Source: Cyanophora paradoxa CCMP329 (Eukaryota; Plantae; Glaucophyta). From it: a stretch of 52,425 bases of DNA. Numbering within the stretch: position 1 is the stretch's first letter; each line of letters opens with the position of its first letter. The stretch covers positions 1 to 52,425 of the forward strand of contig QPMI01000547.1 in assembly GCA_004431415.1 (NCBI GenBank). The letters are read 5' to 3'. Both the position numbers and the translations under genes were made by a program. Below the pieces are notes generated by a model, which did not search any database, was not told the origin of the DNA, and saw only the letters and a program-made list of their open reading frames with translations. Positions 22,948-36,466 of this stretch are shown here, piece after piece.

Positions 22948-24402
22948 CTAGCTTGAAGCCCCATCTGCATCCGCATCGGGCTCGAAGGGCCTCTTGCGGC
23001 GCTTCTCCTTCTCCTCCTTCTCTTTCTTCTCCTTCTCCTTCTTCTCCTTCTCCTTCTGTTCTTTGATCTCGTTCATCTGTGTTCTCGAAATTGACATGAG
23101 CACGAGTGTATGTGATGCAGCGTGCACCAAAAACCGACGGTACTCTGCCTTGTCCGCGGCTTCCTGTTCACGAATGTCATTGCTGCGGCTGAGCTGGTCT
23201 CGTACCCCCTCGACGCTGCTGGAGAGCATAGACATCCCCTCAGCTGCCACCTCGGTCGGATTGCGCCTGTTGATCTGATGCTTCGTAATCCCCTCGCCAG
23301 GCCTAGGCGGGCGGCCGGGCAGAGCAGGGCTTGACAAGCATGAAGTAAGTATGTGCAAGGCAGTGCTGAAAAGGAAGCAATGCATACCCTGAGCTCGATC
23401 CTGGACTCCCCTGCCTTGGAACTGGATGGATGTCCTGGGGAAAAAGATGAGAGGGGTACACAGTCAAGGAGGGTGGGCATGTACCCCGTCCCCATCTGAT
23501 TCCATAGAGAAGGGCGGGTTCAGCTCTGGTGAGTTGCCGAGCCACGGCTTGATTTTCTGCTGAATTCATGAGAACTCGGGCAGAGCTCAATCTTTGAAAC
23601 ACGCACCATGTAGTCGCCCTGGGAAAGGAAGTAGTGCCAGGGGAAGTCAGGGTCCGTGAGCTTCTTGCCGCTTGTCTCGGCAGCAAGGTAGATTTTGAAC
23701 TTGTCGTGGGCCTTGTTCCAACGGTCCAAGAACTTCACACGCCCGGCCGTAACATCAGCACGTGCAGCCTCGACGAAGGATTTGATGTTCGGCCGCTGGG
23801 GAGATTGTCAGGCAAATAAGCAGAGATGAAGCACCACCGAACACATGTACCAGAGAGCCCTGTCTGAGCCATTCGTCGAAGGCCGAACTGATCACGGCGG
23901 GCCTGAGCTTCTGCTTGCTGCCCGGCTTTTTATTGTCGGCCATTCCCTTGGCGACAATGATACCGACGGCCAGAGTCCATGCCTCTGGATTGTTCTTCCA
24001 TTCGAACCTGCAAACACTTGCCCATGTAAGGTCACCCATGTTAGAAAAAGTCGGGGCTTGGTGCAAAAGCACCGCGCAGTACGCGAAGGGGAAGGTACTG
24101 GTGGCAAGACCATCGTGCCGGGCGATGGCGACCTGCGAGTGAAAGCGTGAGCGCGAGCTCCAGACTAAAGATGAGCATGAGAAGAGCCCACTTAGCAGGC
24201 GATGTCCCGTGCGGCCGAGACGAAGCAGAGCGGCTGCAGAACATCAATTTAAGCGGGGCAAATCGAACGTAAAGCATGCGGAAAGCGCACGGTGCTCCGT
24301 TTGGGAAGTTCTCCGAGGCAGAGGAGATGAGCACCTCCGTCATCGGCGGTTCAACGGGAATCCTGCGGGCGCAATTGAGCATGGCAGAGAGTAGTTCAGT
24401 CA
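22948..24402 (-). CDS. Myb/SANT-like partner protein, probably 5'-truncated
   Basis: Copy of 13647-15095; last exon QMNEIKEQKEKEKK...DADGASS* is in frame here. Confidence 0.65.
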
Positions 24403-24461
24403 TGGCGTTGGCTGGTGCGACGAACTTGAAGCAGCTCCTGTGCAAGCGATCGCCGGTCAGA

Positions 24462-27400
24462 GAGCCTTCTCATCGCTTCGGCGACCGCCAGGCCCTGGTA
24501 CCGAGTACTCCGGGGCAATCGCTAGCGCGAACCGTCGGACGACGGACGCGGCGCCGGCGATCGCTTAAAAAAGGCCCCGGCCCGATCCGAGCCCATGGCC
24601 GGCGGGCATAGTGAACATAGTGCCAAAATGTCGCCCCGAAATCACGGTTTTTAGAAGGATCGGAAGAAAGCGCGCCCAAGCAGGACCGAGGGCGGTTCCG
24701 GCACGTACCTACTGACTCAGAGCTGCTTGCGCTGGGCCCGCCGGCCGACGCCATGAGACCCGGTTGAGAGCTCGAATCCCTGCGCGCCGCCTTACAGCGG
24801 CCGAGGATGGGGCGAAGGCTGCAGAATTCGATGATGTGCACCTCGGACAAGCGAAAGCGCGTAGCTAGCGCGCCGCCGGCGCCGCGGGTGAGCCGATGAA
24901 GCCAGCGATGTGTACTCCTCGCGTGCGCGGGCGCGGCGACGTCGCCTGCCGGGCGGGCGTGGCGCCGCGGGGCTGAGCACGGCGCGCGCACGGCAGTGCA
25001 CATGCGCATCGGGCGGTGTTGACGTTCGCGCGCTGCAGCTGCATGCATGGCGCCGGCCGGGCGCGCGGAAGTTGGTTTTTTTTGCTATTCGTCCCCCCTG
25101 CGCTTCTCCCCCCCTTCATTCCCCCGAAGTTAGCCACCGGTGGCTAACTTGCGATCGAAGGGTACAGGGATCACCCTCCTGAAATTGATCTCTTACAAAA
25201 CCAACGCTGTCGTAGAACCCTACACTATCTGCAAGCGGAATCAGGCAATCTGCAGTCCTACGAAAGCCTTGCACCGCTGCAGGAGCCCTTTTGCCTGCTC
25301 TTCGTTCGCGAAGATGTCAGGATGCCCCGCGCGGGGCGCGCGGAACCACTCTGTGGAGGCGGCCACAAATGGTGCGCATGCTGTGGGATCGCGCAGGTGG
25401 TGGCCACTGCACACCACCCGGCCCCAGCGCGGGGAAAACAGGACCTCCAGGACGCGGTCGACCCGGCACTTCGCTTTGAAAGTAGACCCAGCGGTCGTGC
25501 GCGCGTTCATCTGGTATGCTGGATCAGAGAGCTCGACGATCGCATGCACCACCCCTGCAACCAGTGTCATGATCGGCACGCTGCGCAACGACACCGTTAC
25601 AGATAGAAAAAGGAAAGGAAAGGAAGAGAAAGTAAGAAAGAGAAGGGGGGAAGAAAGACAGAATGAAAGAAAAGAAAGGAAAGGACGCACGGCCAGTGGT
25701 CCCACTCCAGGTTCTTGAAGCTCTTCAGGATGTGCATGATCGCCTCCGGCGTAACGTTCACGTCGTCGAGCCGTCGGACTTCGCATGCGACGGTGCATGC
25801 ACCTAGGCCTTGCCGGGCCGTGCACGCCAGGTCTCCGTCGTTGGGTGGGAGTCGGGCAAGAACCTCCACGTATGCGCGCACTGCAGGGCTCGAGGCTCTC
25901 GCCCCGCGCACCGCAGTTGCGATTTCCGCAACGCTGTCGCGCACTGAACGATAGCCGTTCTCCTCCCGCGTCATTGCGGGAAACATGTGCAGCTTCGCCT
26001 TCAGGGTGGTGCTCATCTGGTTAAGGAAGCGGTTCTCGGTGTTCGCGACTCTGCGACGAGAAATCAGAAAAGACCGCTGACAGAGGACATGACGGGCGGG
26101 GGTACACATACCGTCTGTAGAGCAAGGAGAGGAGGGGTATTGGAATGGGGCGCTCGGCTGTTCCCATCCACACGGCCTTGTTCCGTCGCGTGTACGGTGG
26201 GCGGACGTACAGCTCGACCTCTTGCTCCACCTCCTCCATAATCCCCTGCGCATTTGGCTGCGAATTGCGTGAGCCGCCGCGACGACGATGGCGCCAGGAA
26301 CGTGCTCACCTCCTGTACTTTGTCGACCCTCACCTTGAACGCGGTCGCCCCCAGTTCGTCCACCTCCGGATACTCCTCTCCGGAGCTGTGGGATCGGTCC
26401 CCGCGGTTCAAGAGGCGGTGATTGGGGACGTCCGACTTTGCACCGATCTGCTCCAGCGCCGCTGTGACTTGCTTCAGCGCTGGCATGCTGTTGTGTGATA
26501 CACGGCCTGTCCCGTACTTCTCCTGCGTCGAAGTTCAGTTCATGTACGTACCCCCCCCACGCTCCCTTACCCCCCGGGCGCACCACTATCTCGGGCTTGG
26601 AGCGTATCCTTGTGAAGGCCTCGTTCTCCGGGTCCTCGCGATAGACAGCCGCCGGATTCGCGAGCGCCTCGTGGCACGCCTGCCAAGAGACCGAAAGGCA
26701 GGCACGGTTCGGTTGTGGGTTAATCGCTAGGGGGTATCGAAGATTCTGTACCTTCAGCGGCCTCGGTGCTGGGTGGGGGCTGCTCCGGGGTCCTCCCGGC
26801 ATCCCGCCTTGCCTCCCACTGAGCTCGGGCCCTCCTTGCATCTCCGTGTTCATCCTCGTCGATTGCCAGTGCGAGATCGACGAGGCCCTTGAAGATGAGC
26901 TGGTTGATGGTTGTTGCCCACCGTCGGAATCGAGCGATGCGGACAAGGCTTGAGAAGAAGATGCCAATGGAGATGCTGCTCGCTGGCCCGGCAAGCAGGC
27001 GCAGGACCTCCATCCCACTCGTGCGGATGCGCTGCAAAGCCTTTTCGTCGATTGGTCTGCCGGCGCCGCTGTTGACGTTCTTGTTTCCTGTTCCCGACTG
27101 GCACTTCTCCACCAGCCTCTTGACTTCTTCGAACTCCGAGAGACCCGCCCGCGCCTTTCTCTTACGCCCCTTCTCTCTTGGCATCTCTTGCGCCAACATG
27201 TCCTCCACAGCCGCTGCCGTAAGCTCGATACATGCATGCAACCTGTGACAGGAAGATCAGATCAGAAACGATGGCGTACCCCCCCCCCCCCCCCCCCCCC
27301 GCGCACCAAAGTTGGAGTGACTCGCCTTCGCTTGTCTGCTGTTGCGCTGACTGAAGTAAGCGGATCAGACTTCGGAGCTGCTCCTTTGCTTCTTCTGTTG

Positions 27401-29312
27401 TGCCTAGATTTAAAGCTTGCTGGCTGAGCCCGAGAGTTGCCTGCATGCGTGGCAGATTGACTTGGGCCTGACCATTCTTAACCTGAGCGTGAAGTTGAGC
27501 TCGACGAAGTACAAGATTTAGATGAAGAATGTCACCTCCAGGAATGCATCAGCAAGAGACTGAGCTCGAGCTGGCTCGCGCTCCATATCTGCCTCTGCAG
27601 GTCGCCAGGCAAGAAGTTGTGTGAGCACCGCTGCAGCTGACCGGATATCGCCATCGACAGGAGCTGCAATGCAGTTAGACCACAACGAAGCGCCACTTAG
27701 CAGTCATTCAAATGCAACTCACAGTAGAAATCAAGCGACTCGCCGCCTGACTGACCAAAGAAGTACAGCTCGATCCATTGGGAGAGGTACAGCTTCGATT
27801 GTACAGCATACGAGCGGCTATCTGCACGAGGCGCTGCGGGTTCCTGGAACTCCAGAGCCAAGATTACCTGCACACAAAGACACAATCAGCAGATGCAGCA
27901 AGCAGCAAGCATGTCAAACTTGCCAGGTCTATTTCACGCAATCTCCTCTCACGGGCGTAGATCTTGTTCTTGTAGAACCACTTGGCTCGCTCCTTTAGCC
28001 AATCGTGATGCTTGTCTCGCATTTCCTTGTCCACTTCGAATTGCCCGTGCTCGCCTACAGAACCAAGGCCAAGAAATGCGCACTGCATCGGCATTCAGTA
28101 CATTCACACGATGGAAGAACAATAGAAGCTCACATCAATGTCAATGAGTTCCTCGTAATGCGAAGAACTCTTTGTCTCGTCACCGTTGCCGTCGTTTACA
28201 TTGCGTGCAGCCTCTTGCTGGCGTGTCGACTCGAGCGCCACCTAAGATCATATTCAGAACAGAATCGCAAGATAAGTTGCAGTAAGAACTGCACCGAGCT
28301 CAAGAATTGCTTCAGAGCATTGAGCTCGTCCAGGGTCCGGTCCCGGGCCGGTTCGCCGCGAAACCGCACTCGGCAAGACCTAGCCTGAGCTTGAGCCGCC
28401 TGTGCTGTTATCTACACGAGCATGAGCTGACATCATAGGTACTCTGACAAATCCGTGCACCAGATCGAGCCAATCAACACAACTTTGAAATATGTCGCCT
28501 CGCTGTTCTCCATTCGTTTCCACGAACAAGTCCCGCAGCGCTTGCAAGGCTTGAGGTGGGGCAAGTTGATGAGAACGCCCTCTACGTAGTGCAGCATGGG
28601 GTCCAAAGCTGCACAACATATGAGAGATGCAGCAGTTAGGCCTCCGGGCTCGTGCACCAACATCGTGGCGGCGGTGTACACTGGGTCCGGGGCCGGGGGA
28701 GGGCAGGGCCGGGGGAGGGGCAGGGCCGGGGGAGGGGCAGGGCCGGGGGAGGGCGGGGTCGGGGGGAGATGGAGGGGCGGGGCCCGGGGATGGGCGGGGT
28801 CGGGGGAGGGGCGGGGCCGGGGGAGGGCGGGTCGGGGGAGATGGAGGGCGGGGCCCGGGGATGGGCGGGGTCGGGGGAGGGGCGGGCCGGGGGGAGGGGC
28901 GGGCAGTACCCCTCTCCCCGCGTCGCACCGGCCCCCGCCGCGCCGGTCAGCGTGGGGACAAGCTCAAGGCTGGAGCGAGCGCCGCCGCTTGCCGTGCTGC
29001 CCCGAGGCCGCCCCCGAGGCCACCACCCGCCGTGCGGCCCGCCAGAAGGGATTGGGAGATGAGCTGGAGGTCCACTCCATCTCTTCCTCCCAAAGAGAGT
29101 GCTCCTGGGGTCGACATGCTGCGGAGTCGGGCATAAGACACCGAAAAGCAGCGATCGCTTGGCCAATGAGAAGGCGGTGGACGTCAAGCCCGCGGCGACC
29201 GTTAGAACTGAGAACCCAGAAGCGATCGCCGGCCCAGCAGCTCTTTGTTAGAGGTCGGACTCGCTGGGTATGGCGCCGAACACAAAGCGATCGCCGAGCA
29301 ATGAGAAGGCTC
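24462..29312 (+). mobile_element. Form X element (complete)
   Basis: Left TIR at 24462, X branch at 24994, right TIR 29287-29312. Confidence 0.9.
25241..29134 (-). CDS. ORF3, spliced unknown protein (start uncertain)
   Basis: Last exon VPIMTLVAG...GLQIA* is uninterrupted within ORF 25241-25825. Confidence 0.78.
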
Positions 29313-29613
29313 TATGCGCGGGCAGATCTAGCGATCCAATTGAATAGGGAATCTCTATGCGAGCAAGCTCGCAGCGCTACGGGAGGCGGGCACGCACTGC
29401 AGGCGTTGGCGTTGGCTGGTGCGACGAACTTGAAGCAGCTCCTGTGCAAGCGATCGCCGGTCTATGCGCGGGGCAGATCTAGCGATCCAATTGAATAGGG
29501 AATCTCTATGCGAGCAAGCTCGCAGCGCTACGGGAGGCGGGCACGCACTGCAGGCGTTGGCGTTGGCTGGTGCGACGAACTTGAAGCAGCTCCTGTGCAA
29601 GCGATCGCCGGTC
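29313..29613. repeat. Two copies of spacer R (150+151 bp)
   Basis: As above; one G is missing in the first unit. Confidence 0.95.
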
Positions 29614-29616
29614 AGA

Positions 29617-32600
29617 GAGCCTTCTCATCGCTTCGGCGACCGCCAGGCCCTGGTACCGAGTACTCCGGGGCAATCGCTAGCGCGAACCGTCGGACGACGG
29701 ACGCGGCGCCGGCGATCGCTTAAAAAAGGCCCCGGCCCGATCCGAGCCCATGGCCGGCGGGCATAGTGAACATAGTGCCAAAATGTCGCCCCGAAATCAC
29801 GGTTTTTAGAAGGATCGGAAGAAAGCGCGCCCAAGCAGGACCGAGGGGCGGTTCCGGCACGTACCTACTGACTCAGAGCTGCTTGCGCTGGGCCCGCCGG
29901 CCGACGCCATGAGACCCGGTTGAGAGCTCGAATCCCTGCGCGCCGCCTTACAGCGGCCGAGGATGGGGCGAAGGCTGCAGAATTCGATGATGTGCACCTC
30001 GGACAAGCGAAAGCGCGTAGCTAGCGCGCCGCCGGCGCCGCGGGTGAGCCGATGAAGCCAGCGATGTGTACTCCTCGCGTGCGCGGGCGCGGCGACGTCG
30101 CCTGCCGGGCGGGCGTGGCGCCGCGGGGCTGAGCACGGCGCGCGCACGGCAGTGCACATGCGCATCGGGCGGTGTTGACGTTCGCGCGCTGCAGCTGCAT
30201 GCATGGCGCCGGCCGGGCGCGCGGAAGTTGGTTTTTTTTGCTATTCGTCCCCCTGCGCTTCTCCCCCCCTTCATTCCCCCGAAGTTAGCCACCGGTGGCT
30301 AACTTGCGATCGAAGGGTACAGGGATCACCCTCCTGAAATTGATCTCTTACAAAACCAACGCTGTCGTAGAACCCTACACTATCTGCAAGCGGAATCAGG
30401 CAATCTGCAGTCCTACGAAAGCCTTGCACCGCTGCAGGAGCCCTTTTGCCTGCTCTTCGTTCGCGAAGATGTCAGGATGCCCCGCGCGGGGCGCGCGGAA
30501 CCACTCTGTGGAGGCGGCCACAAATGGTGCGCATGCTGTGGGATCGCGCAGGTGGTGGCCACTGCACACCACCCGGCCCCAGCGCGGGGAAAACAGGACC
30601 TCCAGGACGCGGTCGACCCGGCACTTCGCTTTGAAAGTAGACCCAGCGGTCGTGCGCGCGTTCATCTGGTATGCTGGATCAGAGAGCTCGACGATCGCAT
30701 GCACCACCCTGCAACCAGTGTCATGATCGGCACGCTGCGCAACGACACCGTTACAGATAGAAAAAGGAAAGGAAAGGAAGAGAAAGTAAGAAAGAGAAGG
30801 GGGGAAGAAAGACAGAATGAAAGAAAAGAAAGGAAAGGACGCACGGCCAGTGGTCCCACTCCAGGTTCTTGAAGCTCTTCAGGATGTGCATGATCGCCTC
30901 CGGCGTAACGTTCACGTCGTCGAGCCGTCGGACTTCGCATGCGACGGTGCATGCACCTAGGCCTTGCCGGGCCGTGCACGCCAGGTCTCCGTCGTTGGGT
31001 GGGAGTCGGGCAAGAACCTCCACGTATGCGCGCACTGCAGGGCTCGAGGCTCTCGCCCCGCGCACCGCAGTTGCGATTTCCGCAACGCTGTCGCGCACTG
31101 AACGATAGCCGTTCTCCTCCCGCGTCATTGCGGGAAACATGTGCAGCTTCGCCTTCAGGGTGGTGCTCATCTGGTTAAGGAAGCGGTTCTCGGTGTTCGC
31201 GACTCTGCGACGAGAAATCAGAAAAGACCGCTGACAGAGGACATGACGGGCGGGGGTACACATACCGTCTGTAGAGCAAGGAGAGGAGGGGTATTGGAAT
31301 GGGGCGCTCGGCTGTTCCCATCCACACGGCCTTGTTCCGTCGCGTGTACGGTGGGCGGACGTACAGCTCGACCTCTTGCTCCACCTCCTCCATAATCCCC
31401 TGCGCATTTGGCTGCGAATTGCGTGAGCCGCCGCGACGACGATGGCGCCAGGAACGTGCTCACCTCCTGTACTTTGTCGACCCTCACCTTGAACGCGGTC
31501 GCCCCCAGTTCGTCCACCTCCGGATACTCCTCTCCGGAGCTGTGGGATCGGTCCCGCGGTTCAAGAGGCGGTGATTGGGGACGTCCGACTTTGCACCGAT
31601 CTGCTCCAGCGCCGCTGTGACTTGCTTCAGCGCTGGCATGCTGTTGTGTGATACACGGCCTGTCCCGTACTTCTCCTGCGTCGAAGTTCAGTTCATGTAC
31701 GTACCCCCCCCACGCTCCCTTACCCCCCGGGCGCACCACTATCTCGGGCTTGGAGCGTATCCTTGTGAAGGCCTCGTTCTCCGGGTCCTCGCGATAGACA
31801 GCCGCCGGATTCGCGAGCGCCTCGTGGCACGCCTGCCAAGAGACCGAAAGGCAGGCACGGTTCGGTTGTGGGTTAATCGCTAGGGGGTATCGAAGATTCT
31901 GTACCTTCAGCGGCCTCGGTGCTGGGTGGGGGCTGCTCCGGGGTCCTCCCGGCATCCCGCCTTGCCTCCCACTGAGCTCGGGCCCTCCTTGCATCTCCGT
32001 GTTCATCCTCGTCGATTGCCAGTGCGAGATCGACGAGGCCCTTGAAGATGAGCTGGTTGATGGTTGTTGCCCACCGTCGGAATCGAGCGATGCGGACAAG
32101 GCTTGAGAAGAAGATGCCAATGGAGATGCTGCTCGCTGGCCCGGCAAGCAGGCGCAGGACCTCCATCCCACTCGTGCGGATGCGCTGCAAAGCCTTTTCG
32201 TCGATTGGTCTGCCGGCGCCGCTGTTGACGTTCTTGTTTCCTGTTCCCGACTGGCACTTCTCCACCAGCCTCTTGACTTCTTCGAACTCCGAGAGACCCG
32301 CCCGCGCCTTTCTCTTACGCCCCTTCTCTCTTGGCATCTCTTGCGCCAACATGTCCTCCACAGCCGCTGCCGTAAGCTCGATACATGCATGCAACCTGTG
32401 ACAGGAAGATCAGATCAGAAACGATGGCGTACCCCCCCCCCCCGCGGCCCCCCGCGCACCAAAGTTGGAGTGACTCGCCTTCGCTTGTCTGCTGTTGCGC
32501 TGACTGAAGTAAGCGGATCAGACTTCGGAGCTGCTCCTTTGCTTCTTCTGTTGTGCCTAGATTTAAAGCTTGCTGGCTGAGCCCGAGAGTTGCCTGCATG

Positions 32601-34455
32601 CGTGGCAGATTGACTTGGGCCTGACCATTCTTAACCTGAGCGTGAAGTTGAGCTCGACGAAGTACAAGATTTAGATGAAGAATGTCACCTCCAGGAATGC
32701 ATCAGCAAGAGACTGAGCTCGAGCTGGCTCGCGCTCCATATCTGCCTCTGCAGGTCGCCAGGCAAGAAGTTGTGTGAGCACCGCTGCAGCTGACCGGATA
32801 TCGCCATCGACAGGAGCTGCAATGCAGTTAGACCACAACGAAGCGCCACTTAGCAGTCATTCAAATGCAACTCACAGTAGAAATCAAGCGACTCGCCGCC
32901 TGACTGACCAAAGAAGTACAGCTCGATCCATTGGGAGAGGTACAGCTTCGATTGTACAGCATACGAGCGGCTATCTGCACGAGGCGCTGCGGGTTCCTGG
33001 AACTCCAGAGCCAAGATTACCTGCACACAAAGACACAATCAGCAGATGCAGCAAGCAGCAAGCATGTCAAACTTGCCAGGTCTATTTCACGCAATCTCCT
33101 CTCACGGGCGTAGATCTTGTTCTTGTAGAACCACTTGGCTCGCTCCTTTAGCCAATCGTGATGCTTGTCTCGCATTTCCTTGTCCACTTCGAATTGCCCG
33201 TGCTCGCCTACAGAACCAAGGCCAAGAAATGCGCACTGCATCGGCATTCAGTACATTCACACGATGGAAGAACAATAGAAGCTCACATCAATGTCAATGA
33301 GTTCCTCGTAATGCGAAGAACTCTTTGTCTCGTCACCGTTGCCGTCGTTTACATTGCGTGCAGCCTCTTGCTGGCGTGTCGACTCGAGCGCCACCTAAGA
33401 TCATATTCAGAACAGAATCGCAAGATAAGTTGCAGTAAGAACTGCACCGAGCTCAAGAATTGCTTCAGAGCATTGAGCTCGTCCAGGGTCCGGTCCCGGG
33501 CCGGTTCGCCGCGAAACCGCACTCGGCAAGACCTAGCCTGAGCTTGAGCCGCCTGTGCTGTTATCTACACGAGCATGAGCTGACATCATAGGTACTCTGA
33601 CAAATCCGTGCACCAGATCGAGCCAATCAACACAACTTTGAAATATGTCGCCTCGCTGTTCTCCATTCGTTTCCACGAACAAGTCCCGCAGCGCTTGCAA
33701 GGCTTGAGGTGGGGCAAGTTGATGAGAACGCCCTCTACGTAGTGCAGCATGGGGTCCAAAGCTGCACAACATATGAGAGATGCAGCAGTTAGGCCTCCGG
33801 GCTCGTGCACCAACATCGTGGCGGCGGTGTACACTGGGTCCGGGGCCGGGGGAGGGCAGGCCGGGGAGGGCAGGGCCGGGGGAGGGCAGGGCCGGGGGAG
33901 GGGCGGGTCGGGGGGAGATGGAGGGCGGGCCCGGGGATGGGCGGGGTCGGGGGAGGGCGGGCCGGGGGGAGGGCGGGGTCGGGGGGAGATGGAGGGGCGG
34001 GCCGGGGATGGCGGGTCGGGGGAGGGCGGGCCGGGGGAGGGGCGGGCAGTACCCCTCTCCCCCGCGTCGCACCGGCCCCCGCCGCGCCGGTCAGCGTGGG
34101 ACAAGCTCAAGGCTGGAGCGAGCGCCGCCGCTTGCCGTGCTGCCCCGAGGCCGCCCCGAGGCCACCACCCGCCGTGCGGCCCGCCAGAAGGGATTGGGAG
34201 ATGAGCTGGAGGTCCACTCCATCTCTTCCTCCCCAAAGAGAGTGCTCCTGGGGTCGACATGCTGCGGAGTCGGGCATAAGACACCGAAAAGCAGCGATCG
34301 CTTGGCCAATGAGAAGGCGGTGGACGTCAAGCCCGCGGCGACCGTTAGAACTGAGAACCCAGAAGCGATCGCCGGCCCAGCAGCTCTTTGTTAGAGGTCG
34401 GACTCGCTGGGTATGGCGCCGAACACAAAGCGATCGCCGAGCAATGAGAAGGCTC
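29617..34455 (+). mobile_element. Form X element (complete), last unit of the array
   Basis: Left TIR at 29617, X branch at 30150, right TIR 34430-34455. Confidence 0.9.
30396..34277 (-). CDS. ORF3, spliced unknown protein (start uncertain)
   Basis: Same exon chain as the other copies. Confidence 0.78.
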
Positions 34456-35059
34456 TATGCGCGGGGCAGATCTAGCGATCCAATTGAATAGGGAATCTCT
34501 ATGCGAGCAAGCTCGCAGCGCTACGGGAGGCGGGCACGCACTGCAGGCGTTGGCGTTGGCTGGTGCGACGAACTTGAAGCAGCTCCTGTGCAAGCGATCG
34601 CCGGTCTATGCGCGGGGCAGATCTAGCGATCCAATTGAATAGGGAATCTCTATGCGAGCAAGCTCGCAGCGCTACGGGAGGCGGGCACGCACTGCAGGCG
34701 TTGGCGTTGGCTGGTGCGACGAACTTGAAGCAGCTCCTGTGCAAGCGATCGCCGGTCTATGCGCGGGGCAGATCTAGCGATCCAATTGAATAGGGAATCT
34801 CTATGCGAGCAAGCTCGCAGCGCTACGGGAGGCGGGCACGCACTGCAGGCGTTGGCGTTGGCTGGTGCGACGAACTTGAAGCAGCTCCTGTGCAAGCGAT
34901 CGCCGGTCTATGCGCGGGGCAGATCTAGCGATCCAATTGAATAGGGAATCTCTATGCGAGCAAGCTCGCAGCGCTACGGGAGGCGGGCACGCACTGCAGG
35001 CGTTGGCGTTGGCTGGTGCGACGAACTTGAAGCAGCTCCTGTGCAAGCGATCGCCGGTC
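34456..35059. repeat. Four tandem copies of 151-bp spacer R, then AGA and host DNA (TTCATTTGG...)
   Basis: 604 bp = 4 x 151, identical units. Confidence 0.95.
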
Positions 35060-35069
35060 AGATTCATTT

Positions 35070-36260
35070 GGGGCTAGCACATGTACATGTACAGGACAAT
35101 TCAAGTGGCTCGAATTCAGTGATTCATGACTATTTCGCCACCAAGTCGATTTTTTTATTTGGACCGGCCGGGTCGCTGGCGCCAATGGCAAGCCGCCGGC
35201 CCGGCGCCGGGCCGGCGCCGGCCTGGCGCCAAGCCGTTGAAGCCGTCCGGGGGCTCCGGGCCCGCGGCCGCGGGCCCCGGCCCCCGGGGGCGATCGCTAT
35301 CCGCGGCCGGCGCCGCTAGTACTAGTGGCCGCGCGCCGCGGCGCGGCCGCATGGCATGAAAAAATTTGCTCGGATCATCGGATAGGTCCGGCCGCGGCCA
35401 GCTGCAGGCAGGGAGGGGTTAACGTTGCCCTCCTCCCCGGCCACGCGCTGGCGCGGCCGCATGGCATGTTAGCCGGCGCATGTTACATTGCGCAGGCAAG
35501 ATTAAGCAAGACCACAAGACTAATTATAAGCAAGACTAAGCCGGGCCGGCATGCGCAGCCGGCGAGGGCCGCATGCGCAGCTGCGCATGCAGGGGCGGCC
35601 GGCCGCGGGCTACTAGTACGTATACTAGTACTACGTATACCTAGCTATAGCCTGGCAGGGCTACCGGTAGTGCCTAGCTATAACAAAGTACCGGTATACG
35701 TATAGCCTGGCCGCGCGCGCGGCCAGATGTAAGCTATTGCTTAATCAAGCGCTAGCCCGGCGGCCGGGCGGCGGGCGCCAAGCCATTCATGTCACTTGAC
35801 ATTTCAAGCTAGGGGCTCGTGCTGAAAAACAAGTTTTTTCGATTCATGAATTTGTAACGCTCGCGATTATCAAATCAATCCGAGTCAATCGCACTGCCGC
35901 AGTAGTACGCGGCAGCCTCAGCCGGCAGGCGCCGGCAGCACGGCTGCAGGCTGCAGCCTGCAGGGCCAGTGTGCAGGCACTGCCGCAGTGCAGGGCCTGC
36001 AGCTGCAGGCTGCAGGCTGCAGCGGCAGTACATTACTGTACATGCAGCCTGCAGCCTGCATGCGCAATGCGCATATGATGTACATAACTCTGCGGCGTAC
36101 GCGTGAGGCTCAGCTTGGCAGTGCAATGCTCTGCAAGTTTGCAACCAGGCTCAACGGCTCGGGCCGCTCGCCGAGTCGGCTCAGAAATTTTGTTTCGCAT
36201 TGCAGGAGTCGGCGCAGCTTAGCGGCAGCCCCTAGTACGTACTAGTACTTGTAGCTGCAT
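35070..36260. repeat. Palindrome-dense non-coding region (CTAGTACTAG, GCGGCCGC, GCATGC, CTGCAG runs); second copy ~42991-44175
   Basis: Very high density of short self-complementary words; no credible spliced ORF. Confidence 0.6.
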
Positions 36261-36466
36261 CCGCGCAGGGGCCGATCGCGACCTTCGGCAAGTCGACGGC
36301 AACCTTAAGTTTCGGATTCGCACCGGCGCAGCGACACGGACATTCGAGCTTCGGAAGTGCGCTCCGCGATCCGCAGATCCGGTGCCCCGCATCCCCTCCG
36401 CAAGGCTTGCGAGTCGGAACGCGCGAAGCAGCAGCTTGCGGTTGCAGCCTGAGCTTGGAACTAAGC

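Larger units (their letters stand above)
20326..24402 (+). mobile_element. Form Y element, second full copy; followed by partial R (24403-24458)
   Basis: Near-identical to 11023-15095 with the same right breakpoint. Confidence 0.88.
1..35062 (+). mobile_element. Head-to-tail tandem array of PIF/Harbinger-family transposon units (X, Y/X chimera, Y, X, Y, X, X) separated by 151-bp spacer repeats
   Basis: Left TIR GAGCCTTCTCATCGCTTCGGCGACCGC starts at 5006, 11023, 15155, 20326, 24462, 29617. Right TIR GCGATCGCCGAGCAATGAGAAGGCTC ends at 4700, 10717, 20020, 29312, 34455. A Harbinger-type DDE transposase lies inside the Y units. All units are co-oriented and near-identical. Confidence 0.9.

Noticed and set aside
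34456-35059. CRISPR-like or guide-RNA array interpretation of the 151-bp repeats
   Set aside because: Units are identical with no variable spacers, there is no cas- or RuvC-like gene, and the context is eukaryotic.
1-35062. Helitron/rolling-circle origin of the head-to-tail array
   Set aside because: No HUH Rep or helicase motifs and no TC...CTRR termini; units are delimited by TIRs and a DDE transposase.
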